Below are positions 49,725 through 59,442 of a DNA stretch of 64,000 nucleotides, one piece after another. The translations under genes and the position numbers were made by a program. Under the pieces are notes generated by a model. The model had not been told where the DNA came from. It saw only the letters and a list, made by a program, of their open reading frames with translations, and did no database searches. The stretch's first letter is position 1, and every line of letters starts with the position of its first letter. Source of the DNA: a virus; the IMG/VR virus record IMGVR_UViG_3300029448_008324, positions 32,001-96,000 of that record, one strand, 5' to 3'.

Positions 49725-50419
49725 TGACTATCTCTAATTACCAAGGAGAAGAAATCATTGACAAAATTATTATCAAACAAGGCAAAAAACATTATGAAAA
49801 AGTGTGGATGCCTCGCACAGTGTTCAATGATTCAGATGGCAAAGATGCTTACATCATAGGCAACGGAGAATCAAGAAAAGATTTTGATTTGTATTCTTTG
49901 CCGCAAGACACATATGGCTGTAATGCCTTGCACAGAGATTACGAACCAGATTTTTTGATTGTAATTGATCAGCACATGTATCAAGAAGTTATTCACAGCA
50001 AATATGGTGAAAAAAATATTGTCTACACCAATCGTAACAATATGAAAAAACATGCTGGCACTTGTCATCTCATACCACAAAATCCTCACGTGGGTGCAGG
50101 AACCACAGCTATGCACGTGGCTATTCATGATGGTCATACCAATTTGATATGCCTTGGTTTTGACTGCAACGAAGATGCTCCCAACAACAATGTGTACAAA
50201 AATACCAAATGTTATCACGATAGCAACACAGTAGTGCATCAAACTGTGTGGGGCAAGCAAATTTACCAATTGATAGCAAAACATCCAGATGTGCAATTTT
50301 CTTTTGTGGGCGGTGATCCTTACCAACCATTTTTTGAACTTCACAACTGCAACCAGTGGACATACAACAAATTAAATACGCATATAAATAATACAAATGA
50401 AACTACCAGATCAAATTAA
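49724..50419 (+). CDS. Maf/DUF115 / CstII-like putative nonulosonate or Kdo transferase
   Basis: IIGNGESR, YGCNA, LIVID, G..A...A...G...LGFD. Confidence 0.55.
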   Translation: MTISNYQGEEIIDKIIIKQGKKHYEKVWMPRTVFNDSDGKDAYIIGNGESRKDFDLYSLPQDTYGCNALHRDYEPDFLIVIDQHMYQEVIHSKYGEKNIVYTNRNNMKKHAGTCHLIPQNPHVGAGTTAMHVAIHDGHTNLICLGFDCNEDAPNNNVYKNTKCYHDSNTVVHQTVWGKQIYQLIAKHPDVQFSFVGGDPYQPFFELHNCNQWTYNKLNTHINNTNETTRSN

Positions 50420-50759
50420 AATAGGATGGAAAGACGTTGATCTACAACGAGTAAAAGTTTCATTTGTCAAAAACAATTCAGATTATTGGGGACAGTATAT
50501 TGCTCGCCAAAACAAAATTGAAATACAAGAAGAAGCAGAAGGACAAGATCTAGCCAACACACTGGTGCATGAAATTATTCACGCTATTGTGTATCATTCA
50601 TCTCTCAACGCAGAAGGCGGTCCATTGTATGAAAGCAATGACGAAGAACAAGCAGTCAATTCAATGACCAACTGGCTGATGGGTGTGTTCAAAGACAACC
50701 CATGGCTGTTAGACTTACTCAAAAGCAGTATCCACGGTAAAGCCAACAAGAAAAAGTAA
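50397..50759 (+). CDS. Small HExxH metallopeptidase-like protein
   Basis: TLVHEIIHA...EEQAV; TATAAATA upstream. Confidence 0.7.
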   Translation: MKLPDQIKIGWKDVDLQRVKVSFVKNNSDYWGQYIARQNKIEIQEEAEGQDLANTLVHEIIHAIVYHSSLNAEGGPLYESNDEEQAVNSMTNWLMGVFKDNPWLLDLLKSSIHGKANKKK

Positions 50760-51715
50760 TGGCTCACAAGTCATTGCACTGTTCAGAACCTTACAACACC
50801 CTCTACATAGAACACACTAATCAAGGCAGAATGGCACCTTGTTGTGCTTTTTTTCCAACCATAGATCCAAACGATTATGATACAGAACTGCAAAAAGTAA
50901 AAGAAGATTTGCACAAAGGCGTATGGCCTACAAATTGTGTTTCGTGCAAACAACATGAAGAAAAGAAACTCGACAGTAGAAGATTAACCAGCGGACAGCA
51001 AAAAATACATCCACACATAAAAAATGTTGAAATAAATTTAGGCAACTTGTGTAATTTGAAATGTGCAATATGTAATCCTAAGTTTTCATCTAGATGGCTG
51101 TCTGATGCAAAACATTTTGCAGAATTCGATAGCAATGGATTTTACAATATACCAAATAGCAGTGTGAAAGATGTTGGCAAACATATTGATTGGCACAGCA
51201 TTAGATATCTCCATTTTAACGGTGGCGAACCTTTGCTTAACAATCAACATTTAAGATATCTAATGCGAGTAATAAATCAAGATCAAACTGAAGTATATTA
51301 CAACACTAACGGGACAACCAAAGTTTCAGACGCTGTGTTTAACATTTGGACTAACTTTATTAGAGTAAAATTAATATTTTCAATTGACGATGTAGGACAA
51401 AGATTTGAATATCAAAGATATCCAGCAAAATGGAAAGAAATTGAAAATAATTTATTATGGTTCAAAACACATGCTCCAGACAATGTTATGTTTGGTATAA
51501 ACAGAACAATAAGTCATTTCAACAAGCCATACCTTAAAGACTTAGACGAATGGTTCCAAACAAATTTCTCACATTCACAAAACGGAATAAAAAATGAATT
51601 TACAAATCAACTTGCTTGGGGGCCTGCTTCTCTTCAAAATACCAGGGAGCAATTTGTTAAATTTGTGCAAAAACTGAATGCTGTTAGAAAAATTTCCTAT
51701 TACGAGCCAATATAA
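50759..51715 (+). CDS. Radical SAM protein with N-terminal twitch-like domain (paralog of 27328)
   Basis: APCC..C..C, GNLCNLKCAIC, GGEP, NTNG, SID, YQRYP..W. Confidence 0.88.
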   Translation: MAHKSLHCSEPYNTLYIEHTNQGRMAPCCAFFPTIDPNDYDTELQKVKEDLHKGVWPTNCVSCKQHEEKKLDSRRLTSGQQKIHPHIKNVEINLGNLCNLKCAICNPKFSSRWLSDAKHFAEFDSNGFYNIPNSSVKDVGKHIDWHSIRYLHFNGGEPLLNNQHLRYLMRVINQDQTEVYYNTNGTTKVSDAVFNIWTNFIRVKLIFSIDDVGQRFEYQRYPAKWKEIENNLLWFKTHAPDNVMFGINRTISHFNKPYLKDLDEWFQTNFSHSQNGIKNEFTNQLAWGPASLQNTREQFVKFVQKLNAVRKISYYEPI

Positions 51716-51732
51716 CAGCGACTTTTTTGTGG

Positions 51733-51761
51733 TTGACGTATTTGGCAAAATACCATATAAT
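51733..51761 (+). promoter_or_regulatory. sigma70-type early promoter
   Basis: TTGACG-N17-TATAAT; GAGG SD. Confidence 0.8.
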
Positions 51762-51793
51762 AGTGGTATTAACATTACAAGAGGTAACAACAG

Positions 51794-52129
51794 ATGACAA
51801 ACGCACAATTAGTATTAAGCAAAATTAAAGGAACTTTATGCCATGAAGGCACAACCTACAAAGGTAACTCAGGAACTTACATGTTCATTGAAGGCAAAAC
51901 AACTTCTGAAGGAACAATTAACGGTGTTGTTAAAAAATTAGACGATCAAGGTGTTGCAAAAACAGCTGGTTCATTTAAAATTGTAGAAGATGGCACTGTG
52001 ATGAGATTCACTGGTATTGCTACAAAAACTTCCAAGGGAATCACAGCAGAAGTGCAATCACAACAGCCAGATGCGAATCCAGGAGCACAGCCAGAAGTTG
52101 AAGAACAGCCAGAAGCTATTGCAATCTAA
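51794..52129 (+). CDS. Early hypothetical protein
   Basis: 111 aa; own promoter and SD. Confidence 0.75.
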   Translation: MTNAQLVLSKIKGTLCHEGTTYKGNSGTYMFIEGKTTSEGTINGVVKKLDDQGVAKTAGSFKIVEDGTVMRFTGIATKTSKGITAEVQSQQPDANPGAQPEVEEQPEAIAI

Positions 52130-52172
52130 ATTGAAAGAACTTAGAATAGCAAACGTAAACAAAATAATTCTT

Positions 52173-52203
52173 ACTGCTGAGTCTAATTGGGCTCAGCGGT
52201 TTT
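52173..52203 (+). terminator. Intrinsic terminator-like hairpin before uvsW
   Basis: ACTGCTGAGTCT-AATT-GGGCTCAGCGGT followed by TTT. Confidence 0.55.
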
Positions 52204-52215
52204 GGAGATCAGTTC

Positions 52216-53670
52216 TTGCCGCATTGCAATATAATAATAAAAGATGAAGTAAACGTAAAATTAGAAGGACTTGATCTAGTCACACGAAGAAAACTTACCA
52301 ACAAATTCAAATACGAGATTCCAGGGGCTCGCTTTATGCCCGCAGTAAAACTAGGCAGATGGGATGGCACAGTTTCATTCTTTACACAAGGAGGACTGAC
52401 ATTTGTAAATTTACTTGAAGACATAGTTCCTATACTAGAAGACAACAACTACACGTTCGACTTAGATGACAGAAGACAAACATGGGACTTAAAGTTTGAA
52501 CCAGTTAAAGAAGACTCCTTTGCTGATGTCACATGGCCAGAAGGACACACACATGAAGGGCAACCTATAATGTTGCGTGATCATCAAGTTGAAGTAATTA
52601 ACAATTTTATAACCAACCCGCAGTGCTTACAAGAAGTAGCCACTGCGGCAGGGAAAACTATCATAACAGCGGCACTGTCTAAAATGATTGAACCATATGG
52701 TCGATCAATAATCATTGTGCCTAACAAGTCTTTAGTGACACAAACAGAAGAGGACTACATCAACATGGGGCTTGATGTTGGTGTGTATTTTGGAGATAGA
52801 AAAGAGCCTGGCAGAACACACACAATTTGCACATGGCAGTCGCTTAACATACTTGAAAAAAAGAGACAAAATGCAGAAGATGATTTAATAGAAGAATTCA
52901 AACGTGATGTAGTATGTGTGATTGTGGATGAAGTTCATCAAGCCAAAGCAGATGTATTGAGAAGACTGCTGACTAATGTGTATGGCTATGTGCCAATCCG
53001 TTGGGGACTAACTGGCACAGTACCAAAAGCAGATTATGAATTTAAATCTTTGCATGTATCACTAGGCGATGTTATTAACAAAGTCAGTGCTATCGAACTC
53101 CAAGAAAAAGGCTTATTGGCAAAATGTAACATTGAAATATTACAAATGTGGGACTATGTAGACTACAAAAATTACCGTGAAGAACAAACATATCTTGTTA
53201 CTAAACAAGAACGCATCAACTATATTGGTAGAATGGTTGAACAGATGAGACAATCTGGTAACACATTGGTATTGGTGGATAGAGTAAAGTCAGGAGAACT
53301 GCTGACCGAAGCCATACCTAATTCTGTGTTTGTGCGTGGTGCAACCAAGGCAGATGAAAGAAAAGAACACTATGATGATGTCAAAACAGCTGATGACAAA
53401 GTAATTGTAGCCACATATGGTGTGGCCGCTGTGGGCATTAACTTGCCACGCATCTTTAATCTCATGTTGATTGAACCAGGCAAATCTTTTGTGCGAGTGA
53501 TACAGTCAATTGGTAGAGGCATTCGTAAAGCACAAGACAAAGACTTTGTGCAAGTGTGGGATGTGTGTTCTACAGCCAAGTTTTCCAAACGACATCTCAC
53601 AGAACGCAAGAAGTTCTATCGAGAAGCACAATATCCTTTCTCAGTCACAAAGGTTGACTATCAGAAGTAG
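52216..53670 (+). CDS. uvsW: UvsW-like SF2 helicase
   Basis: WDG, LRDHQ, ATAAGKT, DEVH, GLTGT, QSIGRGIR, H..ER..Y; TTG start with GGAG SD. Confidence 0.92.
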   Translation: MPHCNIIIKDEVNVKLEGLDLVTRRKLTNKFKYEIPGARFMPAVKLGRWDGTVSFFTQGGLTFVNLLEDIVPILEDNNYTFDLDDRRQTWDLKFEPVKEDSFADVTWPEGHTHEGQPIMLRDHQVEVINNFITNPQCLQEVATAAGKTIITAALSKMIEPYGRSIIIVPNKSLVTQTEEDYINMGLDVGVYFGDRKEPGRTHTICTWQSLNILEKKRQNAEDDLIEEFKRDVVCVIVDEVHQAKADVLRRLLTNVYGYVPIRWGLTGTVPKADYEFKSLHVSLGDVINKVSAIELQEKGLLAKCNIEILQMWDYVDYKNYREEQTYLVTKQERINYIGRMVEQMRQSGNTLVLVDRVKSGELLTEAIPNSVFVRGATKADERKEHYDDVKTADDKVIVATYGVAAVGINLPRIFNLMLIEPGKSFVRVIQSIGRGIRKAQDKDFVQVWDVCSTAKFSKRHLTERKKFYREAQYPFSVTKVDYQK

Positions 53671-53690
53671 ATCCACATATAATAAAACAT

Positions 53691-54200
53691 ATGCAATTGT
53701 TAACACTCGAGAACGAAGCCTATCTGCTCGATAGGGTGCCAGATCACGTTGAAGAAGACATGCGTTTCGCTGTGTTGGATAATTCAGACACAAGCAATCC
53801 TGATTTCTTTTTTATTCCATTAATTTACTTAGAATCATTTTCAGCACCATCAGCTGTATTGCAGATTGGCAACAGCAAAATACAGATGCCTTTGGATTGG
53901 CACATACTGCTAGGTGATCCAGAGTGTGGCGACTTGGAGATTGTGCCGCTGACTTCTTTGAATGATAGATTGTTTCATGCTTTTTGTTTTAATCCTGTGT
54001 CAGACTCTATGCCCGCATACAATGAAGTAAGAATCACTAATATCTACAACGAAGTTGAATGGTTCTTTCCAAGGACAAAATCTAATCAGTTGATCAGTGT
54101 TCCTATACTGTCAGACAACAATCCGCCATGTGCTTATTTTATCAAAGAAATAAATCGCAACACAGATACAATACTGCTAGACAATTTATTTCATGCGTAA
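53691..54200 (+). CDS. Hypothetical phage protein
   Basis: 169 aa; TTGACT-N18-TATAAT ends 7 nt upstream. Confidence 0.7.
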   Translation: MQLLTLENEAYLLDRVPDHVEEDMRFAVLDNSDTSNPDFFFIPLIYLESFSAPSAVLQIGNSKIQMPLDWHILLGDPECGDLEIVPLTSLNDRLFHAFCFNPVSDSMPAYNEVRITNIYNEVEWFFPRTKSNQLISVPILSDNNPPCAYFIKEINRNTDTILLDNLFHA

Positions 54201-55008
54201 ACAAACATTACCAACTTTGCAGTTTCACAATGATGCTCCAATTAAAATCATTGCTGGCCCTTGCCAAATTGAATCAGAAGATCATGCAATGCAGATGGCA
54301 GAAAAAATTGTTAAGATTTGTTATGAACAAGGCATGCGTGTGGTTTATAAATCTTCGTTTGACAAAGCCAATCGTTCTTCAATTGGATCAGCAAGAGGTG
54401 TTGGCATAGACAAAGGTTTAAAAATTTTACAAAAAGTTAAAAAGGAATTTGACGTGCCTGTAATCACAGACATACATCAACCTGAACAAGCCGGTTTTGT
54501 GGAAGAGGTTGTTGACATCATACAAATACCTGCATTCCTGTGTAGACAAACTGATTTGATTATTGCAGCTGCCAAAACAAATTGTTGGGTGAATGTTAAA
54601 AAAGGACAGTTTTTGTCCTATCAAGAAGTTGCCAACATTAAAGACAAATATCCAGATAACAAAAAATTTATGATCACAGAACGCGGCACTACATTTGGTT
54701 ACAACAATCTAGTTGTGGACATGCGTGGTATCCATCACATGCGAGATCACTATCCTGTCATTATGGATGGCACACACTCTGTGCAACAACCAGGAGGTAT
54801 GGGCAAATCATCAGGTGGTGACAGAACATTTGTTGAACCATTGTGTCGTTCAGCAGTTGCTCTTGGTATTGCTGGTGTATTTCTTGAGGTTCACAATGAT
54901 CCTAACAATGCACCATCCGATGGACCTAACATGCTTACTCCAGATGAATTTAGGAAGTTAATTACCAAATTAAAAATACTTGATTCTACAGTCAAACAAA
55001 AGTTATAA
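54193..55008 (+). CDS. kdsA: Kdo-8-phosphate synthase
   Basis: IAGPCQIES, KSSFDKANRSS, QIPAFLCRQTDL, KKGQFL, ERG..FGYNNLVVD, THSVQQPGG, SDGPN. Confidence 0.96.
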   Translation: MRKQTLPTLQFHNDAPIKIIAGPCQIESEDHAMQMAEKIVKICYEQGMRVVYKSSFDKANRSSIGSARGVGIDKGLKILQKVKKEFDVPVITDIHQPEQAGFVEEVVDIIQIPAFLCRQTDLIIAAAKTNCWVNVKKGQFLSYQEVANIKDKYPDNKKFMITERGTTFGYNNLVVDMRGIHHMRDHYPVIMDGTHSVQQPGGMGKSSGGDRTFVEPLCRSAVALGIAGVFLEVHNDPNNAPSDGPNMLTPDEFRKLITKLKILDSTVKQKL

Positions 55009-55014
55009 TATAAT

Positions 55015-55473
55015 ATGCCAGGAAACTTTTTAGACATCAAATTAATGATGCGAGCAGTGGATTCACGAGATAAAACTTGGTATGATCGATTGTCAGATGC
55101 AGACAAAAAATTGTATTCGCCATACATGTCAATGAAGTGGACAGCGGCAGTTGAACACAAAGAACAAGCCATACAAGAATTCTACATTGAAGAAGTCAAC
55201 GAAAATGTAAACAAACATCTGTGGACACTGTCAAAGAATCACAAATCACTGCTGTGGAGACTCACAGCAATGTGTGGGTCAACATTCCAAATGTTTCACA
55301 AATGGTTCTATCCAAAGAAGAAAAAAACTAATGTAAAATCCAAAATGAAAGAACTGCAAGAGTATTATCCTGCAATGAAACAAGCAGATTTAAATGTGTT
55401 AGATGCACAACTAACTACACGTGAGTGGACAGAAATTAAAAGGCAATACGGTAATGACATATCTAGTAAATGA
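55015..55473 (+). CDS. Clamp-loader small subunit (gp62-like)
   Basis: YSPYM, N.H, FHKW..PKK, LQEYYP pattern. Confidence 0.55.
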   Translation: MPGNFLDIKLMMRAVDSRDKTWYDRLSDADKKLYSPYMSMKWTAAVEHKEQAIQEFYIEEVNENVNKHLWTLSKNHKSLLWRLTAMCGSTFQMFHKWFYPKKKKTNVKSKMKELQEYYPAMKQADLNVLDAQLTTREWTEIKRQYGNDISSK

Positions 55474-55777
55474 CAAATGTATCATGTGCAAACACACCTC
55501 TTGTGTAGACGTGTGTCCTGTGGATTGTTTTTATGAAGGCGAGAATACACTTGTAATAAGTCCAGAAGAATGCATAGACTGTGGTGTGTGTGAGCCAGAG
55601 TGTCCTGAAGAAGCAATCATTCCTGATCATCTAGATGAAGACAACAAATGGTTAGACTTCAACACAAAATGGTCGGATCAATGGCCTAACATAGACAAGT
55701 CCAAAGATCCATTAGCAGACTATGAAAAACATTCAGGTGAAGAGGGGAAGTTGGAAAAATACTTTAAAGATCAATGA
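55454..55777 (+). CDS. fdxA: 7Fe ferredoxin
   Basis: MTYLV...[21 protein letters not shown]...[12 protein letters not shown]. Confidence 0.93.
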   Translation: MTYLVNDKCIMCKHTSCVDVCPVDCFYEGENTLVISPEECIDCGVCEPECPEEAIIPDHLDEDNKWLDFNTKWSDQWPNIDKSKDPLADYEKHSGEEGKLEKYFKDQ

Positions 55778-55932
55778 TTAAAAGTCCGTGTGTTAGAGTA
55801 TGTAAAATCGATCAAAAGAATGGTTTTTGTATGGCATGTAATAGAACTCTACAAGAGATAAGAATCTGGGGGTTGCCCGAAACTACGGATGAATGGAAAA
55901 AAGTTAACTTAAAGGAAATAAAAACAAGATGA
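55774..55932 (+). CDS. DUF1289-family small Cys protein, 52 aa (missed by ORF track)
   Basis: [10 protein letters not shown]...[13 protein letters not shown]; ATGA overlaps on both sides. Confidence 0.85.
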   Translation: MIKSPCVRVCKIDQKNGFCMACNRTLQEIRIWGLPETTDEWKKVNLKEIKTR

Positions 55933-56123
55933 ATAATTGGATAGAATACAGTGTGCCAAAAAAACATACACGATTATATGTGTCACACATATTGAAAAAT
56001 GTATTCATACTGGTATTCATTTTATTACTTGGCTTTGGCGTAATGCCTAGTTCTTTAAGTTTTTGGATAATAGTATTGATGTCAGATGCGACATTCTATC
56101 ATGCCATCAAGTCTACACGTTAA
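55929..56123 (+). CDS. Small membrane protein
   Basis: Two hydrophobic segments. Confidence 0.6.
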   Translation: MNNWIEYSVPKKHTRLYVSHILKNVFILVFILLLGFGVMPSSLSFWIIVLMSDATFYHAIKSTR

Positions 56124-57181
56124 AAATAATCTTGTCTTTGACCTTTTCTTTTGGTATCTAAAGTGACACAATGGAATCCACCACTTATGGATCTTGCGTG
56201 TCTCATTTCAAGGCCAATTGTTTCAATGCCATGTTTGTCTAGTTCTCTACGTAGAGGTTCTTGATTAATATCACAAATTACCAGTTGTTCGTTCACACTC
56301 AAAAAATTTAGTCCTATGTAAGGCGAAGTGGTGGTGATGCCTCCTTGAAAAGCACTGCCTATGTCAACAATATTTTCTTCTGGAAAAAATATTTTGTCCC
56401 AGTTTTTGAATATAGGAGGATAATGGTCTTCATTGAGCCTAGCACCATTGAGCAACACTAATCCAGGACGTAGAGGCAACACTGTGCTATCAAAATGTGC
56501 AAATGAATAATATTTTTCTGCTACATGCAATCTATAACCTCTTGGTTCTAGCACTGTTTTTAACCATTGTGCACCAAGTTTGGTTCCTGTGTTGCTGACT
56601 TGATACAATAAATCATTGCCCATTCGTACAATGTTTGGAGCATCAAAAATAATTTCATGGTTTTGTAAAGATGGATCTTCTAAATTTTCTAATTGAAAAA
56701 CATCGTCCAGCAATCGAGGCTTTGGTGCAGAAATCCATTCAGTACCATTTTGCATCACTTCATACAAAAAATCGCGGTATGCTCTGCTTTCATAATGTCT
56801 GCTTCGTTGAGCAGGTGCACCTTCAATGATTAGATTATCTAAAGGCAACAACAAGTCCCTACAAGAATATGTTTGCCATCCACTGGTGGTCCAATCTGGT
56901 GTGCTAAAACTTTGTGCATTGTCTTGTTCGATGGGCCTTCTGACTTTGACTCCTAAACTTTTGAGTGTGTCAGCAAGGTTGTCTAAGTCTTCATTGGCTT
57001 CATCGATTATGCGTGGATCCAATGGACCTTCAAGATGCTGAATGTCTTCTAGTTTGTCTGTTGTAAAAACAATTGCATGCAAACTTTTGTCTATTTTAGG
57101 AGTTCTTGCTCCGTTGGCAATTCCTACATAACATTCCTCTAGAGGATCCCAGTCATTGTGACTGGAAACAATACTATTCAT
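56120..57181 (-). CDS. Amidinotransferase (glycine / inosamine-phosphate type)
   Basis: NDWDPLEE..VG, CRD, FDA, HFDST, GGFHCVTLD (Asp-His-Cys triad). Confidence 0.9.
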   Translation of the reverse strand: MNSIVSSHNDWDPLEECYVGIANGARTPKIDKSLHAIVFTTDKLEDIQHLEGPLDPRIIDEANEDLDNLADTLKSLGVKVRRPIEQDNAQSFSTPDWTTSGWQTYSCRDLLLPLDNLIIEGAPAQRSRHYESRAYRDFLYEVMQNGTEWISAPKPRLLDDVFQLENLEDPSLQNHEIIFDAPNIVRMGNDLLYQVSNTGTKLGAQWLKTVLEPRGYRLHVAEKYYSFAHFDSTVLPLRPGLVLLNGARLNEDHYPPIFKNWDKIFFPEENIVDIGSAFQGGITTTSPYIGLNFLSVNEQLVICDINQEPLRRELDKHGIETIGLEMRHARSISGGFHCVTLDTKRKGQRQDYF

Positions 57182-57183
57182 TA

Positions 57184-57708
57184 TTATTCTCCTATATAAA
57201 ACCCGCTGACTTGCAGAGTGTATTTGTTTTCCATGCCGTTGTTAGCACCAATGTGCAAAATTTCGCTGTTCCACATGTGTCCGTCACCTTGTTTCCAATT
57301 AGAGTCTACAACATTATCATACTGTAAAAAATGACCAATTTTCCAATCTTCAAGATAGATGTTTGCTCTCACCAGCATTCTGGTGTCTTCTGGATATTGT
57401 TTTTTGATCTTATAAAAAGTATCTCTGTGCCAAGGTATTGTTTGACCTGGTGGTTGCATGATACTGCTCACAGTGACCACTTGCATGTCAAGTTTTTTTC
57501 CTAGTTCATCAAAATCAAGTTCTTCTTCTGTGTAAAATCTTTGATGTATCATGGTGTTCTCAAACACATAAGTTTTTGGCATGCCACCAAACTGATCGTA
57601 AATGTCAGTCAATTCATGCACTTGATGTTTGGTACAACTGCTGGGAGCTGGATGCTCTTCTTGAACGAACCTGTTGCAATCTAGGTCAATGTGTATCTTC
57701 TTGTACAT
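57184..57708 (-). CDS. Cupin / 2OG-Fe(II) hydroxylase-like protein
   Basis: PPGQTIPWHRD...WKQGD...LHIGANNG..KYTLQ. Confidence 0.7.
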   Translation of the reverse strand: MYKKIHIDLDCNRFVQEEHPAPSSCTKHQVHELTDIYDQFGGMPKTYVFENTMIHQRFYTEEELDFDELGKKLDMQVVTVSSIMQPPGQTIPWHRDTFYKIKKQYPEDTRMLVRANIYLEDWKIGHFLQYDNVVDSNWKQGDGHMWNSEILHIGANNGMENKYTLQVSGFYIGE

Positions 57709-57720
57709 ATGATTATGTAG

Positions 57721-57749
57721 TTGATTTTGAGACAGTAAGGTTGTAAAAT
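57721..57749 (+). promoter_or_regulatory. sigma70-type promoter
   Basis: TTGATT-N17-TAAAAT, 6 nt before ATG 57756. Confidence 0.65.
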
Positions 57750-57755
57750 TGACTT

Positions 57756-58694
57756 ATGGAAAAAATATTAATCACAGGTGGCGCAGGTTTCATCGGCAAA
57801 GAATTGATACAAATATTACTGGAAAAAAATTATCGTATTCATGTGCTTGATAACTTGGTATTCAATCAAAGTTTCATTCGCGATAGTAAAATTACAAATC
57901 ACAAAATAGATATTACAGACAAAACGGAACTGATTGAATTAGTAAAAAATATTAAACCTAAAATCGTTGTGCATTTGGCCGCCATACATAGCATTCCTGT
58001 GTGTGAAAAACAAAGGCAATCAGCACAATCTACTAATATTCTTGGCACAGAAAATTTGCTTCAAGCGTTAGAAAATATCAAACTCGAAAAATTTATTCTT
58101 GCTTCAACAGGCGGAGTGTATGATTGGAAAACAAAAATTGCATCTGAAAAATTATCCTCTTTGAATCCACAAGACAATTATACAACCACAAAATATGTAA
58201 ATGAAAAGCAACTATATTTTTGGAGTGAAATGACATCAAATCCATACGTCATACTAAGAATTTACAACACGATTGGTCCCAATGATCCCAATGGACATTT
58301 GATTCCAGATATATTGAGTCAGTTAGATGACAAAAAGAAAGTTAATAAAATTAATTTAGGTAATATAAAGTCAAAAAGGGATTACATTGATGTGGTAGAT
58401 GTTGCTAGATCTATACATGACATAATAGAATTAAAGACGGATACAAAACCAAATATTATCAATATATGCAATCAGACCAGTTACAGTATTAAAGACATAG
58501 TTAAAATAATTTCAAAAGAGCTCGATATCAAAATTATCATCAATGTAGATAAGAAAAGAATTAGAAAATTTGATAGGCCACACCAAACTGGTTCGAATAA
58601 CAAACTAAAAAAATTAACAGGATACAAATCAACATATAAATTAAAAGACTCTATAAAAAGAATTATTGAGCACAGCATGAAAGGAACAAAATGA
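57756..58694 (+). CDS. NAD-dependent epimerase/dehydratase, AT-rich
   Basis: TGGAGFIG, HLAAIH.IP.C, YTTTK, RDYI. Confidence 0.88.
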   Translation: MEKILITGGAGFIGKELIQILLEKNYRIHVLDNLVFNQSFIRDSKITNHKIDITDKTELIELVKNIKPKIVVHLAAIHSIPVCEKQRQSAQSTNILGTENLLQALENIKLEKFILASTGGVYDWKTKIASEKLSSLNPQDNYTTTKYVNEKQLYFWSEMTSNPYVILRIYNTIGPNDPNGHLIPDILSQLDDKKKVNKINLGNIKSKRDYIDVVDVARSIHDIIELKTDTKPNIINICNQTSYSIKDIVKIISKELDIKIIINVDKKRIRKFDRPHQTGSNNKLKKLTGYKSTYKLKDSIKRIIEHSMKGTK

Positions 58695-58767
58695 TTGCTG
58701 GATTATTACCATTAACAGACGAACTGTATTGATTTTAAAATATCAATCTGTTAAAATAAAAACTAAT

Positions 58768-59442
58768 ATGCCAACTTGCGACTACTGTTCCAAAACATTC
58801 TCACGTCAAAGCACGTTGGACATTCACATGTGTGAGCCAAAGAGGCGATGGGAACAAAAAAGCAACAAAGTGCATGTGTTGGCATTTGAAATATTCAAAC
58901 GCTTCTATGAAATCAATTACAGCAATCAAAAGCCAAAACAATTTGTGGACTTTGTGAATTCACAGTACTACCGTGCGTTTGTAAAGACAGCAGAATTCAT
59001 CACTGCCAACACACCCGTTGAGATTGGTGCATTCATTGATTGGCTGTGTACATCCAAAATAAGAATTGATTCCTGGGCCAAACAAGGCACCATAGACACA
59101 TACATCAAACATTTGATCCGCACAGAAGGAGTCACACAAGCACTCAACAGAACAATACTAACAATGGGCGAATGGGCAGAACAAGAAAATGCTAGGCTAG
59201 AAGACTTCTTCAAGTATGTTAATCTCAACAGGGTGTGCCAAATGATTGTGAATGGCAGAATATCTCCTTGGGTGTTGCTAAACTGCGAAACAGGCAAGGA
59301 CATGATCACAATCATGCATGATGATCATATCAAGATCATATATGAAATAATTAATCCAGAATTCTGGAAAAGAACATTTCGAAAACGTGACGAAGATCAA
59401 GACTTTGTCAAAGCCACACTGCGTGAAGCAGGCATCGAATGA
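58768..59442 (+). CDS. Phage protein with N-terminal zinc finger
   Basis: CDYC...F.....L..H.C; G.ISPW; TTGATT-N17-TAAAAT upstream; start moved to 58768. Confidence 0.7.
   Translation: MPTCDYCSKTFSRQSTLDIHMCEPKRRWEQKSNKVHVLAFEIFKRFYEINYSNQKPKQFVDFVNSQYYRAFVKTAEFITANTPVEIGAFIDWLCTSKIRIDSWAKQGTIDTYIKHLIRTEGVTQALNRTILTMGEWAEQENARLEDFFKYVNLNRVCQMIVNGRISPWVLLNCETGKDMITIMHDDHIKIIYEIINPEFWKRTFRKRDEDQDFVKATLREAGIE

Noticed and set aside
31356-50419. Bacterial LPS island or host contamination
   Set aside because: Phage-type TAAATA promoters inside, similar codon style to core genes, phage core genes on both sides, and no export genes
53691-54200. Stand-alone Hint/intein-like or methyltransferase identity
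   Set aside because: No N-terminal Cys/Ser, HN terminus or SAM-binding motif visible; left as hypothetical
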